Below, piece after piece: positions 43,954 through 53,876 of a stretch of DNA of 64,000 nucleotides. Each line of letters starts with the position of its first letter. Positions within the stretch are counted from its first letter, which is position 1. Made by a program: the position numbers and the translations under genes. The stretch lies in sequence record NC_015251.1; one strand, 5' to 3'. The notes beneath the pieces are model-generated. The model did not search any database and was not told the origin of the DNA. It saw only the letters and a program-made list of their open reading frames with translations.

Positions 43954-45000
43954 CTAAACTGATTGGTCCCAAGATTTCCACCCACAACGATTCGCCTCTT
44001 TATGATAAGTAAGCCGTTGCAAGTACAATCCTAAAACTTGTTTCTCACGCTCTTGACGGATCATATCACCAAGTTCTTTACCGGTCAACTCAGGAAAATC
44101 CTTGGCAGTAACTGACCGATACGCTTTTACCTGTTCTACATCTACCATCCCCAAATCTAGGGCAATATCGAGCATTGGGGTGTTTGGTTCCTGTTCAGCT
44201 CGACATTTAGTAAGAATCGCGGGTTCTGGTCCATCAAAATACCAAACATCAGCAAACACTTTGAACTCATTAGGGATTTTGTAAATCTTATCCAGATCTT
44301 CAAAATCTTTTCGAGTCGCTTGAAGAGTACATAGGAAGTATTGCAACGATACGTCATAATCACAACCTAATGTAAATTCGCTAAATCCGAATTCTTCCAT
44401 GATATCATTATCTCGAATGAAACCATAAAATTCGTTCATTTTTCCATCTTCATGAATCTTGGTCAATTCCAAGAACATCCGTTCGCGAGGCAAGTTTTTA
44501 AGTTTACCATCTTTTACCATCGATACAATTGCATTATGGGTATCGATTTCGATTTCAAATCCGTAACGACATGCAAACCGGATGGCTCGGAACACACGGA
44601 GCGGGTCATCTCGGAATGCGTTAGGGTTAACCATCCGAATTTTTTTAGAAACGATATCACAGATACCGCCATAGGGGTCAATGTAAGAACCGGTTTCGTC
44701 ATCATATGCGATTGCATTGATTGTGAAATCTCGGCGGTATAGATCTTCCTGTATGGTAACTGTTGGGTTGAAATCCACAACAAAATCGTTATATCCATCA
44801 CCAGTAGAACGCTCTGTACGAGCCATAGCGAGTTCGTCACCGTTGGGGAGTAGATATACTGGGAAATGTTCCCCTACACGCTGATAACCTTTTTTATCCA
44901 TATTCTCAACGGTTTCCCCAACGATAACCCAATCCATATCTTTACATTCGCGGCCTAAAATTTTATCACGAACCGCACCACCAACAAGATATGTTTTCAT
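43954..45000 (-). CDS. cca: tRNA nucleotidyltransferase (CCA-adding enzyme, class II)
   Basis: YLVGGAVRD, KDMD, ARTE, EDLYRRDFTINA, DDPLRVFRAIRF and ERMFLEL; start MKTYLV at 45000. Confidence 0.95.
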   Translation of the reverse strand: MKTYLVGGAVRDKILGRECKDMDWVIVGETVENMDKKGYQRVGEHFPVYLLPNGDELAMARTERSTGDGYNDFVVDFNPTVTIQEDLYRRDFTINAIAYDDETGSYIDPYGGICDIVSKKIRMVNPNAFRDDPLRVFRAIRFACRYGFEIEIDTHNAIVSMVKDGKLKNLPRERMFLELTKIHEDGKMNEFYGFIRDNDIMEEFGFSEFTLGCDYDVSLQYFLCTLQATRKDFEDLDKIYKIPNEFKVFADVWYFDGPEPAILTKCRAEQEPNTPMLDIALDLGMVDVEQVKAYRSVTAKDFPELTGKELGDMIRQEREKQVLGLYLQRLTYHKEANRCGWKSWDQSV

Positions 45001-45387
45001 TTTACCACTCCTTGAGTTCTGTACGTGGAAGTGTGTTGCATTTTTCAAAAAGACGAGAAACCTTTTCCGAGTCTACATAAATCTTATTTGTTGTATAAGT
45101 GAAACATCCTTTTAGCATTAGATAAAATTCGTCAGCAGAAAAAACCACAATCGGGGAGGAATGGTCGCATTTCTTGATACCCCACTTATTACACGTAAAC
45201 CACTGATTCTTATAGTTACAATATATATCGTAACCTAACTCAGCAAGAGCATTTTTATAATGTGTTGGAATATTTTTTAATTTCCAATTTCTATATTTCT
45301 CAAGTGTGTAAATCCAAACAAACAAAATGAATAAAATTAAACAAACAATAATTATCGTGTTAATGAATGATTGCATATTAGTTATCC

Positions 45388-45615
45388 TTAGAGAACCAGA
45401 GTTTTGGATTTCTTGGTGATTACGGTAGTGGTTACAGAACCACCACGGCGACCGGTGCGGGAAAGAGTGAGTGTTTCTTTCTTAGTAGGCTGTACCTCAA
45501 CAGTCCGAGCCCAACGCTTTTCGGAAGTAGTACCGTTATCAGTCATTTTGCCAAAAGACGCAGCACGGGCATTTGAACGAGTAGAGAAGAAAACTTGTAC
45601 GTTAGTCATGGTCAT
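45388..45615 (-). CDS. Small basic conserved phage protein
   Basis: FSTRSNAR...FGK..DNG...KRW; has its own promoter and SD. Confidence 0.7.
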   Translation of the reverse strand: MTMTNVQVFFSTRSNARAASFGKMTDNGTTSEKRWARTVEVQPTKKETLTLSRTGRRGGSVTTTVITKKSKTLVL

Positions 45616-45637
45616 TTCCTTTTTAAAATGGGGTTTC

Positions 45638-45680
45638 GTTTCAACAAAGCTAGTATCTCACACTAGGTTATTCGAGTCAA
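45638..45680 (-). promoter_or_regulatory. Early promoter with +1 GTTGAAAC
   Basis: TTGACT-17-GATACT-6-GTTGAAAC. Confidence 0.8.
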
Positions 45681-46989
45681 CTACTTTTCTTAAATTTTCC
45701 CACGTTCCATCATAGATGTTAGATTGAATTCTATGTCAGAAGACCCACCTTTACCAACCAACAATCTACATTCATTAACGAATCTACGCAGACTATTATT
45801 AAACTCTTTGGTATCGAATTCAAACCGACTCATCATAGAGTAGTCTTCTTTTCGGGATAATACAGTAACTGCAAATAATTTATTTCCAAGTTTGTAAATC
45901 CAAAGGGCGTTTTTTTCACCAATCTTAGGATCGTGTTTAGAAATTCTCTTACCGTCTCGGTCAAATATATCCACATTATCAATTCTATCATTAAATGATA
46001 AAATACTAAAATGTAGTATATATTTTCCCACAAATTCAAGATCTGTATCTGAAGTGTTCTCTAATTCTCTAAAGAAACATGCAACTTGTGTATAATCATG
46101 AAAACAAGCAACTGGGGGAATAATATCCGACGATTGATATTTAGTACCCGATTTCTCCCAATAATCGCGTCTTGGGGTCCCTGTAACATATTTCTGTAAG
46201 CATATTGAGATCTCTTGATATCCATCACCCAGCTCACTGAACATTTTTGCATTTTCATTTTTCATTGTATACCCCCAATTCGTATCGGCATTCTTTTATG
46301 AAATCTTGTAGGTCTTTAGAAATACCATTATTGTCGTATCCATTCATAATGTCAACTACATTTTTATCAAACCTACCTTTACCACCATCTACAAGCCTTA
46401 AGCAAAACGTATTGCTGGTAGACCCATATGAAAACACATATCCAATATAATTATAAAAAACATTAGGAGGATTTACAATGTCGATAGATTGGATCTTAAC
46501 TTCACCATCATTATAAGATAAATCTAGGTAAGAAAGATTAATCAAGCCAATAAATGTAATTTTAGCATTTTTTGTTTTGGATATTTCCCTTGATAGAAAT
46601 TTAAGATCTTCCATATTCTTAACTGCAACAACTGGCGGAATGTCAGGATTTGCTTTAAATCCCCCACGGGTTGGGTTGTGCGTCCACCATGTATAAGGAG
46701 TTTCTTCTATACCGGAAGCAATAATACTTTTTGATAGGCCGTTGAGAGAGCTACTAAACTTAGAAATATATTCTGCATTTTTGTTTTTCACAATCTTTTC
46801 CTCTTTATATACTTCTTTTTTAGAAATAATATCATTCGAAACCATACTACATACACGGTCTGAAATAATAGGATTTGAAAACATACATACACGGTCTGAT
46901 GTTCCCTCTTGATCATCAACGATATATTGCATCGTTCTAGGATCATAATATGTAAAATTACGAACTTTCATCAACATAACATTCTCCAT

Positions 46990-47019
46990 TAAAAAGGGGT
47001 CCGATTTCTCAGACCCCTT
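46990..47019 (-). terminator. Rho-independent terminator
   Basis: AAGGGGTC...GACCCCTT-TTT. Confidence 0.8.
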
Positions 47020-47031
47020 AATTATACCTTC

Positions 47032-47622
47032 TTATTTCAAAGAAGCAATCAGTTCTTCAACTTCGGAGTCAGTAACTTCAGTTTGTTGGTGTCCGTTGAA
47101 AGTTTCGATTCGCATCATTACATCTTCAACGTTTACCTTAGTCAAGGCAGCCAGTTCAACAACATCAGCAGCACAAGAGATACCCAAATCGTTAGCGGCT
47201 TTAGTTTCGCGGATATATTCCAGCTTAACAGCGAGATCTTGACGTTGGTCATCCAGAGAAACAACCGCTTTCGCAATTTCAATTCGCATATTATGAAGAC
47301 CATCAGCCTTTTCGATCAGAGCGGCAGCAGTACGGCGGAACAAAATAGCCAGCTTCGCGTGAGTAACTACAGGACCGGAACCTTCCTTGTTAATTCGGCG
47401 GATTTCGTTTTCTTTCTGGATAGCCTGTTTGGTCTTTTCTTCCGCAAGCTTCCGCAAGCGAGATTCTTCACCTACAGACTTTTCCTTTGCGGTCTTGAGA
47501 CGGGTCATCTCATCAATCACATTACTTGCAGCCAACATATAACGATCTTCAACAGAAATATTTTTGGTGAAGAAGGAGTTCATTTTGGTGCGGATAAATT
47601 GTACAAGTTCTTTAAGTTTCAT
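47032..47622 (-). CDS. T4 e.6-like coiled-coil protein (PspA/IM30-like)
   Basis: FIRTK...SVEDRY...HAKLAILFRRTA...RIEIAK.VV.LDD.RQ.LAVKLEYIRET, matching recalled T4-like homologs. Confidence 0.7.
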   Translation of the reverse strand: MKLKELVQFIRTKMNSFFTKNISVEDRYMLAASNVIDEMTRLKTAKEKSVGEESRLRKLAEEKTKQAIQKENEIRRINKEGSGPVVTHAKLAILFRRTAAALIEKADGLHNMRIEIAKAVVSLDDQRQDLAVKLEYIRETKAANDLGISCAADVVELAALTKVNVEDVMMRIETFNGHQQTEVTDSEVEELIASLK

Positions 47623-47651
47623 TATTCATTTTCCTTTTGGATTTGTGTTTT

Positions 47652-47694
47652 GTTTCAACAGGATTAGTATCTCAAAACTAGTTCTTGTCGTCAA
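47652..47694 (-). promoter_or_regulatory. Early promoter with +1 GTTGAAAC
   Basis: TTGACG-17-GATACT-6-GTTGAAAC. Confidence 0.8.
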
Positions 47695-47984
47695 CTACTT
47701 TTTCAATTCTTTTTCTTGGGCCAGTATTTTACAATGGTTGCAAATTGTTCGTAATCCAACTCAATATGTTTTATATCAAACACAAACAAATTGTTCATAG
47801 CTTCTAGTAAGTGCCTAGCTTGGGTAACTCCCCGAATCTCATTGGATCGCTTTTCAATGGATTCACTATTCACAAAATTTAGATGGGCCTTTATAAACTG
47901 GTCCCGAGTAACAATAATTTTCATATTAATTTCCTCAATTAACTAAGGATTATTGTACACGATAAAATCATGAAGTCAACAAAT

Positions 47985-48009
47985 AAAAAGCCCCAATTAA
48001 GGGGCTTTT
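47985..48009 (-). terminator. Terminator followed by a promoter
   Basis: AAAAGCCCC-TTAATT-GGGGCTTTT; TTGACT...TACAAT downstream. Confidence 0.8.
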
Positions 48010-48013
48010 GTAA

Positions 48014-48256
48014 TTACTTGGCTTTGGACCGGAGAGCTTTTGCTACATCCTGACCAGATACAACCCGACCGGCGATGAATTGAGCATCTTTGTCCTTGGT
48101 AGTTTTCAGGACGTTCATTGCACGATTAACCTTTGCTTTCAGTGCATCACCAAGCTGGTCAACCCGACCGTTGGATTTGCGCTTATAACCGGTGCGACCG
48201 GATTTAGCAACTTCGACTTTCTTTTCTACTGCTTTCTTTTGCTTAGACATTTTCAT
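48014..48256 (-). CDS. T4 gp30.9-like basic protein
   Basis: KSGRTGYKR..N.RVD; lies directly downstream of gp31 as in T4. Confidence 0.6.
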   Translation of the reverse strand: MKMSKQKKAVEKKVEVAKSGRTGYKRKSNGRVDQLGDALKAKVNRAMNVLKTTKDKDAQFIAGRVVSGQDVAKALRSKAK

Positions 48257-48272
48257 ATTTCCTTATTTAAAA

Positions 48273-48647
48273 TTATTGCTTATCAGTATGAGTATAAACG
48301 CCACGAATTGCAAGATGGTGGCACGTAACATAAATAGTATCTTTTCCTGAGTTCTCTTTCAACTCTTGACGAACTACGCGAGGATCCCAGAATTTAGTAA
48401 AGTTTCCGGTAGATGGAAGCGCAACCTCATAACCGATCATATCGTTGAAATCTTGAGGACAATTACCACCAACCGAAACGATAACTCCATGAGTTGGGAT
48501 ACCGCCTTGTTTACTTTGGGTTGCAGTTTCCAAAATAATACCGGACCTTGATTTTTCTTCTTCCCCAGCTCGTTTCGCTTCACACATCAGAATTACATGG
48601 TCGCCCATAGCTTTAAAACCGAGCTTACTTTGGTCAATATCTTTCAT
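48273..48647 (-). CDS. 31: gp31 GroES-like co-chaperonin
   Basis: AMGDHVIL..E...AGEEE.SRSGII...P..GVIVSVG...VTCHH.AI. Confidence 0.9.
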   Translation of the reverse strand: MKDIDQSKLGFKAMGDHVILMCEAKRAGEEEKSRSGIILETATQSKQGGIPTHGVIVSVGGNCPQDFNDMIGYEVALPSTGNFTKFWDPRVVRQELKENSGKDTIYVTCHHLAIRGVYTHTDKQ

Positions 48648-48917
48648 TTTACTTATTCTCTTCGTTGTTTTGTCTATTATATCATGGTTTTAGGAAATGT
48701 GTAAAGCTTGCATAATACATATCCATCATTTTTATCAGGTCAGTATCTAACCCATTTTGATTATAGGCATAACTTCCGGTTTCAGCCATATTTTTCATTC
48801 TTCGGTCACAAATCACACAATCCATTTGATGCATGGTTTTTCGATCTACCACCTCAAAAAGAAATGTATCATAAAATTCTTCAAATGTCATTTCTTTTTT
48901 AGAATCGTCTATGACTT

Positions 48918-49271
48918 TCATTTTTCACCAACACTTAGCATATGTGTTTCAACACCATGGAAAATATCACCATGGCATAGATCCGCAAGTGTAACCAATT
49001 TCTCAAGTTTAAAGGTACGGAATTCACCCTTATCTACATCAAAGAATCGGACAACATCCGGGTTTTCTTTACGTGGTTTTGAATCGGGTTTAGCCTCTTC
49101 AGGGCGACCAATGACAGATTCGACAAGAACCGGATCCAGAGTTGCTTTACCAGATCTCTGTGTTCCATCAACTTTCTCAAAAGTCAAATCAACAACCCCA
49201 GATTTAAGGATCTCAATTACGCTGGATTTGAATACTTCACGACCTTCTACGGTCAGATCATTATAATTCAT
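48918..49271 (-). CDS. SH3/WYL-like beta-barrel protein conserved next to gene 31 in T4-like phages
   Basis: GVVDLTFEKVDGTQRSGKATLD...FFDVDKGEFRTFK. Confidence 0.7.
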   Translation of the reverse strand: MNYNDLTVEGREVFKSSVIEILKSGVVDLTFEKVDGTQRSGKATLDPVLVESVIGRPEEAKPDSKPRKENPDVVRFFDVDKGEFRTFKLEKLVTLADLCHGDIFHGVETHMLSVGEK

Positions 49272-49284
49272 ACTATGTTATCTC

Positions 49285-49824
49285 TCACAATACTGTTAAA
49301 AATTTAGGAAGACGAGGAACCCGAACATGATAATTATTGAAGTCAATCACAGACTCATATTGTTCAACCTCAATACCCTGATCCTCTAAGGTCTTTTCCC
49401 AACCTTCGGCGGATTTACTATAAAGAGTATGATATATAACCTTTTTGATCCCAGCAGCAGCCATATGTTTGGCACAATTAGAACACGGACTCAAAGATGT
49501 TACCAATGTAGCACCATCAACCGATTGACCGGAACGGGCAGCATATAGCAGAGCATTCATTTCACTATGGATTACATGAGTGTTAGCCCATGAGCTATAT
49601 TCATCTTCATACTTTGGATACAATCTAACACCATCTACGGCTCTTTCAGCCCAACCCATATTGATAGCGTGTTCATCCGGATTAATCCCCCCCGCACGGG
49701 TCCCATTATACCCTGTAGAAATCACCCGACCATTTTTAACAATTACGGTTCCTACCTTATGACTCGGGCATTTACTTTCGTTACTAACAGCAAGCGCCAT
49801 TGTAACTAGTGTTTTAATCTTCAT
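49285..49824 (-). CDS. cd: dCMP deaminase
   Basis: VGTVI, STGYNG, HSEMNAL and SPCSNC. Confidence 0.95.
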   Translation of the reverse strand: MKIKTLVTMALAVSNESKCPSHKVGTVIVKNGRVISTGYNGTRAGGINPDEHAINMGWAERAVDGVRLYPKYEDEYSSWANTHVIHSEMNALLYAARSGQSVDGATLVTSLSPCSNCAKHMAAAGIKKVIYHTLYSKSAEGWEKTLEDQGIEVEQYESVIDFNNYHVRVPRLPKFLTVL

Positions 49825-50377
49825 TTAGTTTATCGCCTTTTCTTTCCCATTTTTATATTGTTGACCAACACAATAGCAAACCTCACCAAATTTATCTATA
49901 TATACCGTATGGATCAGAACTGGCATACCAACCGGATCCACCACAGCAATTTCATAAATTGTATCAGATTTCTTAATATGACCAACACGGAACGGGTTAG
50001 GAACCGTTTCATCAAATCGGTTTACAAGTTCCATTACTTTCTGTTCAAATTCCAATACGTCCATTACACAACACCTGAATATTTTATATTAGATACTTTT
50101 CGCACCGTGATGGTACTTAGGATCTGATTTAGTTCTTTAATCTCTTGTTGAGTCAACTTCTCATAAATGTCTGGGCGGAACCAACGAGATTTAACCAATA
50201 TCCCCCGCTTAATACGATCACGAACGTATGGAACAAATACGGTAGACTCATACGTTTTTGCATATTCGAGTTTATTAAAAAACAAACCTTTTCCGTGATG
50301 GAATATGACGTGAGTTTTTCCACCCACATCAGAATAAGTTATTGCATACATTTCATACCTCTTTTGTTTCAATCATA

Positions 50378-51178
50378 TCATACTTCCTTTTTCTTTGTAT
50401 ACCTTTTTGTAAGGATTTTCAGGGTGATATGAGAAACCATCGGAGTAAGCATAAATCCGAACAAGAACCAAACCCAAGTCCTACGACCAAGCTGTTTAGC
50501 TTTAACGCTTACATAGATAACCCACATTAAAATCAAACTAGTAATTATCATACCAATCCAATCAATAGACGAGGATGATGGCGGTTCTGGATCTGTAATT
50601 ACTGTACTCGATTCCTTATTGCAACTATCTGGGATTTTATATATCCGTTGCATAGTGTCAATAAGACCGGATGTATTTAATGTTACGTCTCGAATATCAC
50701 CGGCAGTTGTTAAATAATTTATGTGAATACTATCGGAATTAACCAAATTGTAATATTCACCGGTACACGTATTTAGCTCCTGATATGAAAATAGTTTCAT
50801 AGTTACCGTAGAATCAGAAACTCGTATTGATTCCGCAATCCCATTAATATTTCGGTTTTGTGGCTCGAAATATTTAACGGTTTCACCCACTTGAACCACA
50901 ATAGGGGTCTTTGGATGAAAGTTATCAATCAAGGATGACATATTCATATAGAATGCCTGATGACGTTGCATGGCAGCAATATGAAGAATATACGGGATCG
51001 ATTGATCTTCTGATTCTGGGTGCGGAAAATATCCAACCAAACTCATAGTTTTCTGAGTAGCAGCATCAGTTATAATATGCTCTCTCCAAACACGATCTGA
51101 ATCTGGAACCATGGCAGAGACTGATAATGATACTAAAACAAATAAAGAAACTATAAATTTTTTCATAAATCTCTCCAC
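50378..51178 (-). CDS. Exported protein with a C-terminal membrane hairpin
   Basis: Signal peptide MKKFIVSLFVLVSLSVSA; C-terminal TM plus GRRTWVWFLFGFMLTP. Confidence 0.75.
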   Translation of the reverse strand: MERFMKKFIVSLFVLVSLSVSAMVPDSDRVWREHIITDAATQKTMSLVGYFPHPESEDQSIPYILHIAAMQRHQAFYMNMSSLIDNFHPKTPIVVQVGETVKYFEPQNRNINGIAESIRVSDSTVTMKLFSYQELNTCTGEYYNLVNSDSIHINYLTTAGDIRDVTLNTSGLIDTMQRIYKIPDSCNKESSTVITDPEPPSSSSIDWIGMIITSLILMWVIYVSVKAKQLGRRTWVWFLFGFMLTPMVSHITLKILTKRYTKKKEV

Positions 51179-51386
51179 AACCGATCATTAATCTCATTTT
51201 CTAGCCGGATCTCAAGCTCCCTAATTCTAGCTCTAAGATCCTGAATTGTAGATTCTGGGTCTTCCATGTCCATCATGTGGCGGATATTACCCGCACAATG
51301 TACTTGAATAACTCCTTTCTTAATAGCCCACGCAATTTCTTCTTTAGTAAGAAGAGACATATTATCTTGAAGATGATCGTATTGCA

Positions 51387-51764
51387 TCACAGATTTCCTA
51401 CAGTAAATCGAATCTCTTGAACGATTTCGGTTAAGTTCTTAACTTCCATACTAAGCTCTTTTACTGCTTGAAGCAAGACCTCATTTGTATCCGTTTTTGA
51501 AACTACATCACAATCTTCATATGGCATTACGAACATATTCATATGAGTTTCATCATTAAAAGCGTAAACTTCGTCCATAAGGAACTCATTACGTAATTCA
51601 AGTGACGGTTTCAATAAAGTATAATCTTGACCATCCCATATCATCTCGAAAGGTTCGCATGGATCCATAAACCAAGAGCATCGATATTGCCAATTACATT
51701 TTTTGCGATAGTCATCAAACGCTTCTACGGATTTAAAAACAAACAGTTTTGTATTCATATACAT
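51387..51764 (-). CDS. Hypothetical protein, FKSxE paralog module plus coiled coil
   Basis: KLFVFKSVEAF...; C-terminal heptads. Confidence 0.6.
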   Translation of the reverse strand: MYMNTKLFVFKSVEAFDDYRKKCNWQYRCSWFMDPCEPFEMIWDGQDYTLLKPSLELRNEFLMDEVYAFNDETHMNMFVMPYEDCDVVSKTDTNEVLLQAVKELSMEVKNLTEIVQEIRFTVGNL

Positions 51765-51781
51765 TCCTTAAAAGGGGATTT

Positions 51782-52693
51782 CTAAAAATCCCCGCTTTGA
51801 ACCTGCCAGCACTCGATACCAAGACCGCGCCACATTTTGACAACCTGATCGCGATCATCCACAACAAAACACACATTATAATTTGGTGCGATATCACGCC
51901 AGAAGATTTCTTCTTTGATGATAGAAACGGGACGCTGGGCCCCTTCATCGCGTTTGGAATGTGCATCGTTAGGAATGCCATGGGTCTTGTACCAATCGGC
52001 TGTATCACTCATACAGACACCATCACGACCGGATACGTTGATGATCTGATATCCTTGAGATTTGAGAAGGTTAGCCAACATAACAACATTCTCTCGGGGA
52101 GTATCTTCACCAACTTTATCCCAATCGAACGGTTTACGCTCGTTCTTTTCGGCAAGAGTACCGTCAGTATCAAAGATAACTGCCATTGGAAGACTAGGAT
52201 CCGCAGTATAAAGCTTTTTATCTACGTATTCCACCACACGATCCGACTTACCACGATTCGGAAATTGCTCATCGAATTGGGATACCATACGAACAAGAAC
52301 ATCGTCATTCACAGCCCAACCGCCACGGTCCTTACTACGGCGTTTCAGTTCTTCCATGGGGACAGGGAACCAGACAAAGACAACCTCATAACCCATTTGT
52401 TCCAAACTATCTACCAGAGCGGTACGAAGGTGTACGTTAAGGTTAGTATCGGAGATAACAACGTTTTTCTCTGCATTGTAGGCAGCAAGAATTTTACTCT
52501 TGTTAACCTCAGTAACGAGATTTTCGCGGTCTTTACCGAAATTATAACCTTTCCAACTCTTGATCTGGAACAGGCTACGGCGTGTATCATCGCGATTGAT
52601 ATTGATAGTCTTGCCTTGAGAGGTCTTAACCATAGCCTCGGCAAAGGTACTTTTACCGCTGGAACTTGCACCGATAGTAATGTATGCAAACAT
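51782..52693 (-). CDS. pseT: Polynucleotide 5'-kinase/3'-phosphatase
   Basis: GASSSGKST, NRDD, SDTNL, FDTDGT, SGR and DDRDQV. Confidence 0.96.
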   Translation of the reverse strand: MFAYITIGASSSGKSTFAEAMVKTSQGKTININRDDTRRSLFQIKSWKGYNFGKDRENLVTEVNKSKILAAYNAEKNVVISDTNLNVHLRTALVDSLEQMGYEVVFVWFPVPMEELKRRSKDRGGWAVNDDVLVRMVSQFDEQFPNRGKSDRVVEYVDKKLYTADPSLPMAVIFDTDGTLAEKNERKPFDWDKVGEDTPRENVVMLANLLKSQGYQIINVSGRDGVCMSDTADWYKTHGIPNDAHSKRDEGAQRPVSIIKEEIFWRDIAPNYNVCFVVDDRDQVVKMWRGLGIECWQVQSGDF

Positions 52694-52704
52694 AATTATA
52701 TTCC

Positions 52705-53052
52705 TTATTTGTCCATATCACACATATTAGCGTTTACTTTTTGAGCCCATTTACTGGACTTCATATCGAGCTGATATTGTAATTCTTCTTGTACATATTT
52801 GTCAATCTCTTCGTCAGTCAATTTACCGTAAGATTGATCTTTTACGGTAAGACGAAGCAGGTCAACAATACAGTTAATGTAATCGGCACATTCACCAAAC
52901 ACAGTTTCTTTACAACGATACGGTTGAATAATAGTGGTGGCGATTTCACCGTTTTCTTCTGCCATCTTACCCATAACGAAAAGGGTATTCCGTTCGGGAG
53001 AAAACGGGGCGGTTCTTGAAATATACAATTGACGACTAAGATCGAGTTTCAT
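52705..53052 (-). CDS. MazG-like nucleotide pyrophosphohydrolase
   Basis: KMAEENGEIA...GECADYI..IVD. Confidence 0.75.
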   Translation of the reverse strand: MKLDLSRQLYISRTAPFSPERNTLFVMGKMAEENGEIATTIIQPYRCKETVFGECADYINCIVDLLRLTVKDQSYGKLTDEEIDKYVQEELQYQLDMKSSKWAQKVNANMCDMDK

Positions 53053-53523
53053 TTATTTTCCTTTATGCTTTAATATTCGAATTTTTGAATTAGATGTATA
53101 CAATTCGTTAGGTTTAAGAATAATACCTTCCCGCAGATTTGGGTTGTGCTTAATAAGATATCGGATCCGTTCGTTAATTGCAAGCAATTCCCAGTAACGA
53201 AGATTCCTGTTCTGTGCGACAAAATCTTTAAGCATTTGGTTCGCACCGAGTATATCATTCCTATACTCATCTGCTACACTTTTACAGAAGTTTTCAGTTT
53301 CTTCGTTCTTGATAATGTTCATCACTTCACCTCAACTTGATACAAGTGGATTTCACCCTCAAAGATAACCTTACACTTAGTAGTGTTCCAGATACCGTCT
53401 TGATACTTATCCGCAATTGTAAAGTCATACCCTTCTGGGGTATAGATAACTGCGCGGGGCTTCAGGTCTGCGATAGTAGCTTGACGGAACTGAGTGGTTT
53501 TCTTTTTCATGTTTATCTCTCCT

Positions 53524-53566
53524 GTTTCGATAGGGATATAGTCTCATATCCCTACATCTAGGTCAA
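53524..53566 (-). promoter_or_regulatory. Early promoter with -10 hairpin and +1 ATCGAAAC
   Basis: TTGACC-17-GACTAT-6-ATCGAAAC; 9-bp stem TAGGGATAT/ATATCCCTA. Confidence 0.8.
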
Positions 53567-53876
53567 CAAGTTTCTTAAACAATATCCAATTTAACTACTT
53601 CATACTCGGAAAGAATGGCTTTACCTTTTCCGGTCTTGTAGTAACTTGAAAGTTCTGGGTCTTCTGGTGAAGAATTGTACCAAGGAACATCTTGTTCACC
53701 AGAAAGAACACGTTCCAGATAACCTACTCGGTTTGTGATGAATGGGACAAAACATTCAGGTTCAAAACTCGCCTGAACATCATTCTGAAACTCGGATTCA
53801 TCTCCAACACCAGTAGTGGAGATCCCGATAAACAAACCTTTCTTATCTTTATGACGGAGTGCATAAAACATAATCA

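Noticed and set aside
51749-52744. 331-aa plus-strand ORF
   Set aside because: Antisense shadow of pseT; no recognisable protein features.
12946-53566. CRISPR array suggested by the repeated GAAAC-ending units
   Set aside because: The copies are kilobases apart, share only 8 nt plus promoter boxes, and have no repeat-spacer periodicity.
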